Source: Chloroflexota bacterium (lineage in GTDB: Bacteria > Chloroflexota > Dehalococcoidia > Lucifugimonadales > UBA3495). From it: a stretch of DNA of 18,261 nucleotides. The stretch covers positions 1 through 18,261 of the forward strand of contig JAQBVF010000039.1 in assembly GCA_027623675.1 (NCBI GenBank), read 5' to 3'. Under the pieces are notes generated by a model. It was not told where the DNA came from. It saw only the letters and a program-made list of their open reading frames with translations, and did no database searches. The position numbers were made by a program, and so were the translations under genes. Shown piece after piece: positions 17,497 to 18,261 of the stretch (its first letter is position 1; every line of letters starts with the position of its first letter).

Positions 17497-17931
17497 TCAA
17501 CCTAGTTCCTTTGCCTCCCCATCAATCACCACACCATTGCCTTCTTCAAGTTGCCGAGCATTTTCTATTAGCAACCCCAGCGTCTCATCAAACAAGTACC
17601 TCAGTGGCCGGTCAGTGACACTGTGGGCTATGTCTAGCGGCTGTGGTGACCTGCCGAAGCCACGGTCTAGCAGCATCTCTATGGCCTTGAGCTGGTCTGC
17701 TGGCCGCACCTGCTGGTCTTTCCTGGGCCTGGAGCCTCCCCGTACCGCTACGTTGGGCATGACACCCTTGGCTATGCACACCAGAGCATCTACCAATTCC
17801 TTGTCGCCATCAGGGGCCTCAAGCACATAGCCAGCTAGGTCTCTAGTGCCTTTGGGCCTGCCACTAGGGTTGCCACTCTGGCCTGGCTTCCATGGGCTTA
17901 GGTTGTTACTAACGTTGTTAGCAGTGGTCAT
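17497..17931 (-). CDS. DUF5681-type protein, terminase small subunit-like
   Basis: Signature WKPGQSGNPSGRPKG, plus KAIEMLLDRGFGR. Confidence 0.75.
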   Translation of the reverse strand: MTTANNVSNNLSPWKPGQSGNPSGRPKGTRDLAGYVLEAPDGDKELVDALVCIAKGVMPNVAVRGGSRPRKDQQVRPADQLKAIEMLLDRGFGRSPQPLDIAHSVTDRPLRYLFDETLGLLIENARQLEEGNGVVIDGEAKELG

Positions 17932-18083
17932 TATTACTACTTGCTAGACGAATATGGCGTCACAAACCGACAAGGAATCGATGCTGCTCTTTAGGTGGAC
18001 CCAATGATTACGACCGGTTTGGGGCTGGAATAAGTGAGGGTGACCTGCCCCCGCAATTGTATTCCAAAGTTTGGCGGTTAGTT

Positions 18084-18260
18084 CTAACCTTCAACCGGCC
18101 CCGCTCTCGCCAACCCCTCCCCCACCCAAAGGAGACTCCCCGGCAGATGGGACCCACCGGGTACTCCCCTCCAGTAATCGACCAACGCTTTTTCCACAAA
18201 AAATTGTGTCCGGCCATCTTCTGGTATCCCGGCCAAACCTATTGCTCCAATTACCGACCA
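18084..18260 (-). CDS. Possible 3' end of an upstream island gene (partial, hypothetical)
   Basis: Open minus-strand frame from the window edge: WSVIGAIGLAGIPEDGRTQFFVEKALVDYWRGVPGG...VEG*. No motif recognised. Confidence 0.25.
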   Translation of the reverse strand, partial: WSVIGAIGLAGIPEDGRTQFFVEKALVDYWRGVPGGSHLPGSLLWVGEGLARAGPVEG

Positions 18261-18261
18261 A

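Larger units (their letters stand above)
16605..18261. mobile_element. End of an integrative element (prophage/satellite-like island) inserted in tRNA-Trp, continuing beyond the window
   Basis: tRNA fragment boundary, drop in GC content, short direct repeats near the att site, and HNH plus DUF5681-like genes. No integrase is visible in the window. Confidence 0.78.

Noticed and set aside
1..18261. CRISPR array, rRNA, riboswitch or IS element
   Set aside because: No regularly spaced repeats, transposase or recognisable structured-RNA consensus was seen by eye. A covariance-model search of 4324-4542, 7587-7965 and 9817-10104 would be needed to exclude RNAs.

Overview
This is mostly GC-rich core chromosome of a probable Chloroflexota (Dehalococcoidia/SAR202-like) bacterium; the taxonomy is inferred from gene content only. 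AT-richer accessory DNA flanks it at both ends. Left end: a 50-aa truncated C5-cytosine methyltransferase coupled to a Vsr gene, then a vapBC toxin-antitoxin pair bracketed by the 3' end of a xanthine-dehydrogenase-family molybdoenzyme gene and a diverged, internally deleted copy of that same 3' end. Core: XDH-family large subunit, DinB-family protein, lipoprotein, large secreted Ig-domain protein containing a perfect 24-bp intragenic inverted repeat, typA/bipA, NIPSNAP protein, LOG-family protein, LLM flavin/F420 oxidoreductase, a probable 574-aa UGSC-like selenoprotein (in-frame UGA, U-G-G-C, downstream hairpin) that the ORF track splits in two, and an acyl-CoA-dehydrogenase-fold protein. 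Right end: the 3' half of a tRNA-Trp (att site) begins an integrated element carrying an ASCH/PUA-like-HNH nuclease fusion and a DUF5681/terminase-small-subunit-like gene.
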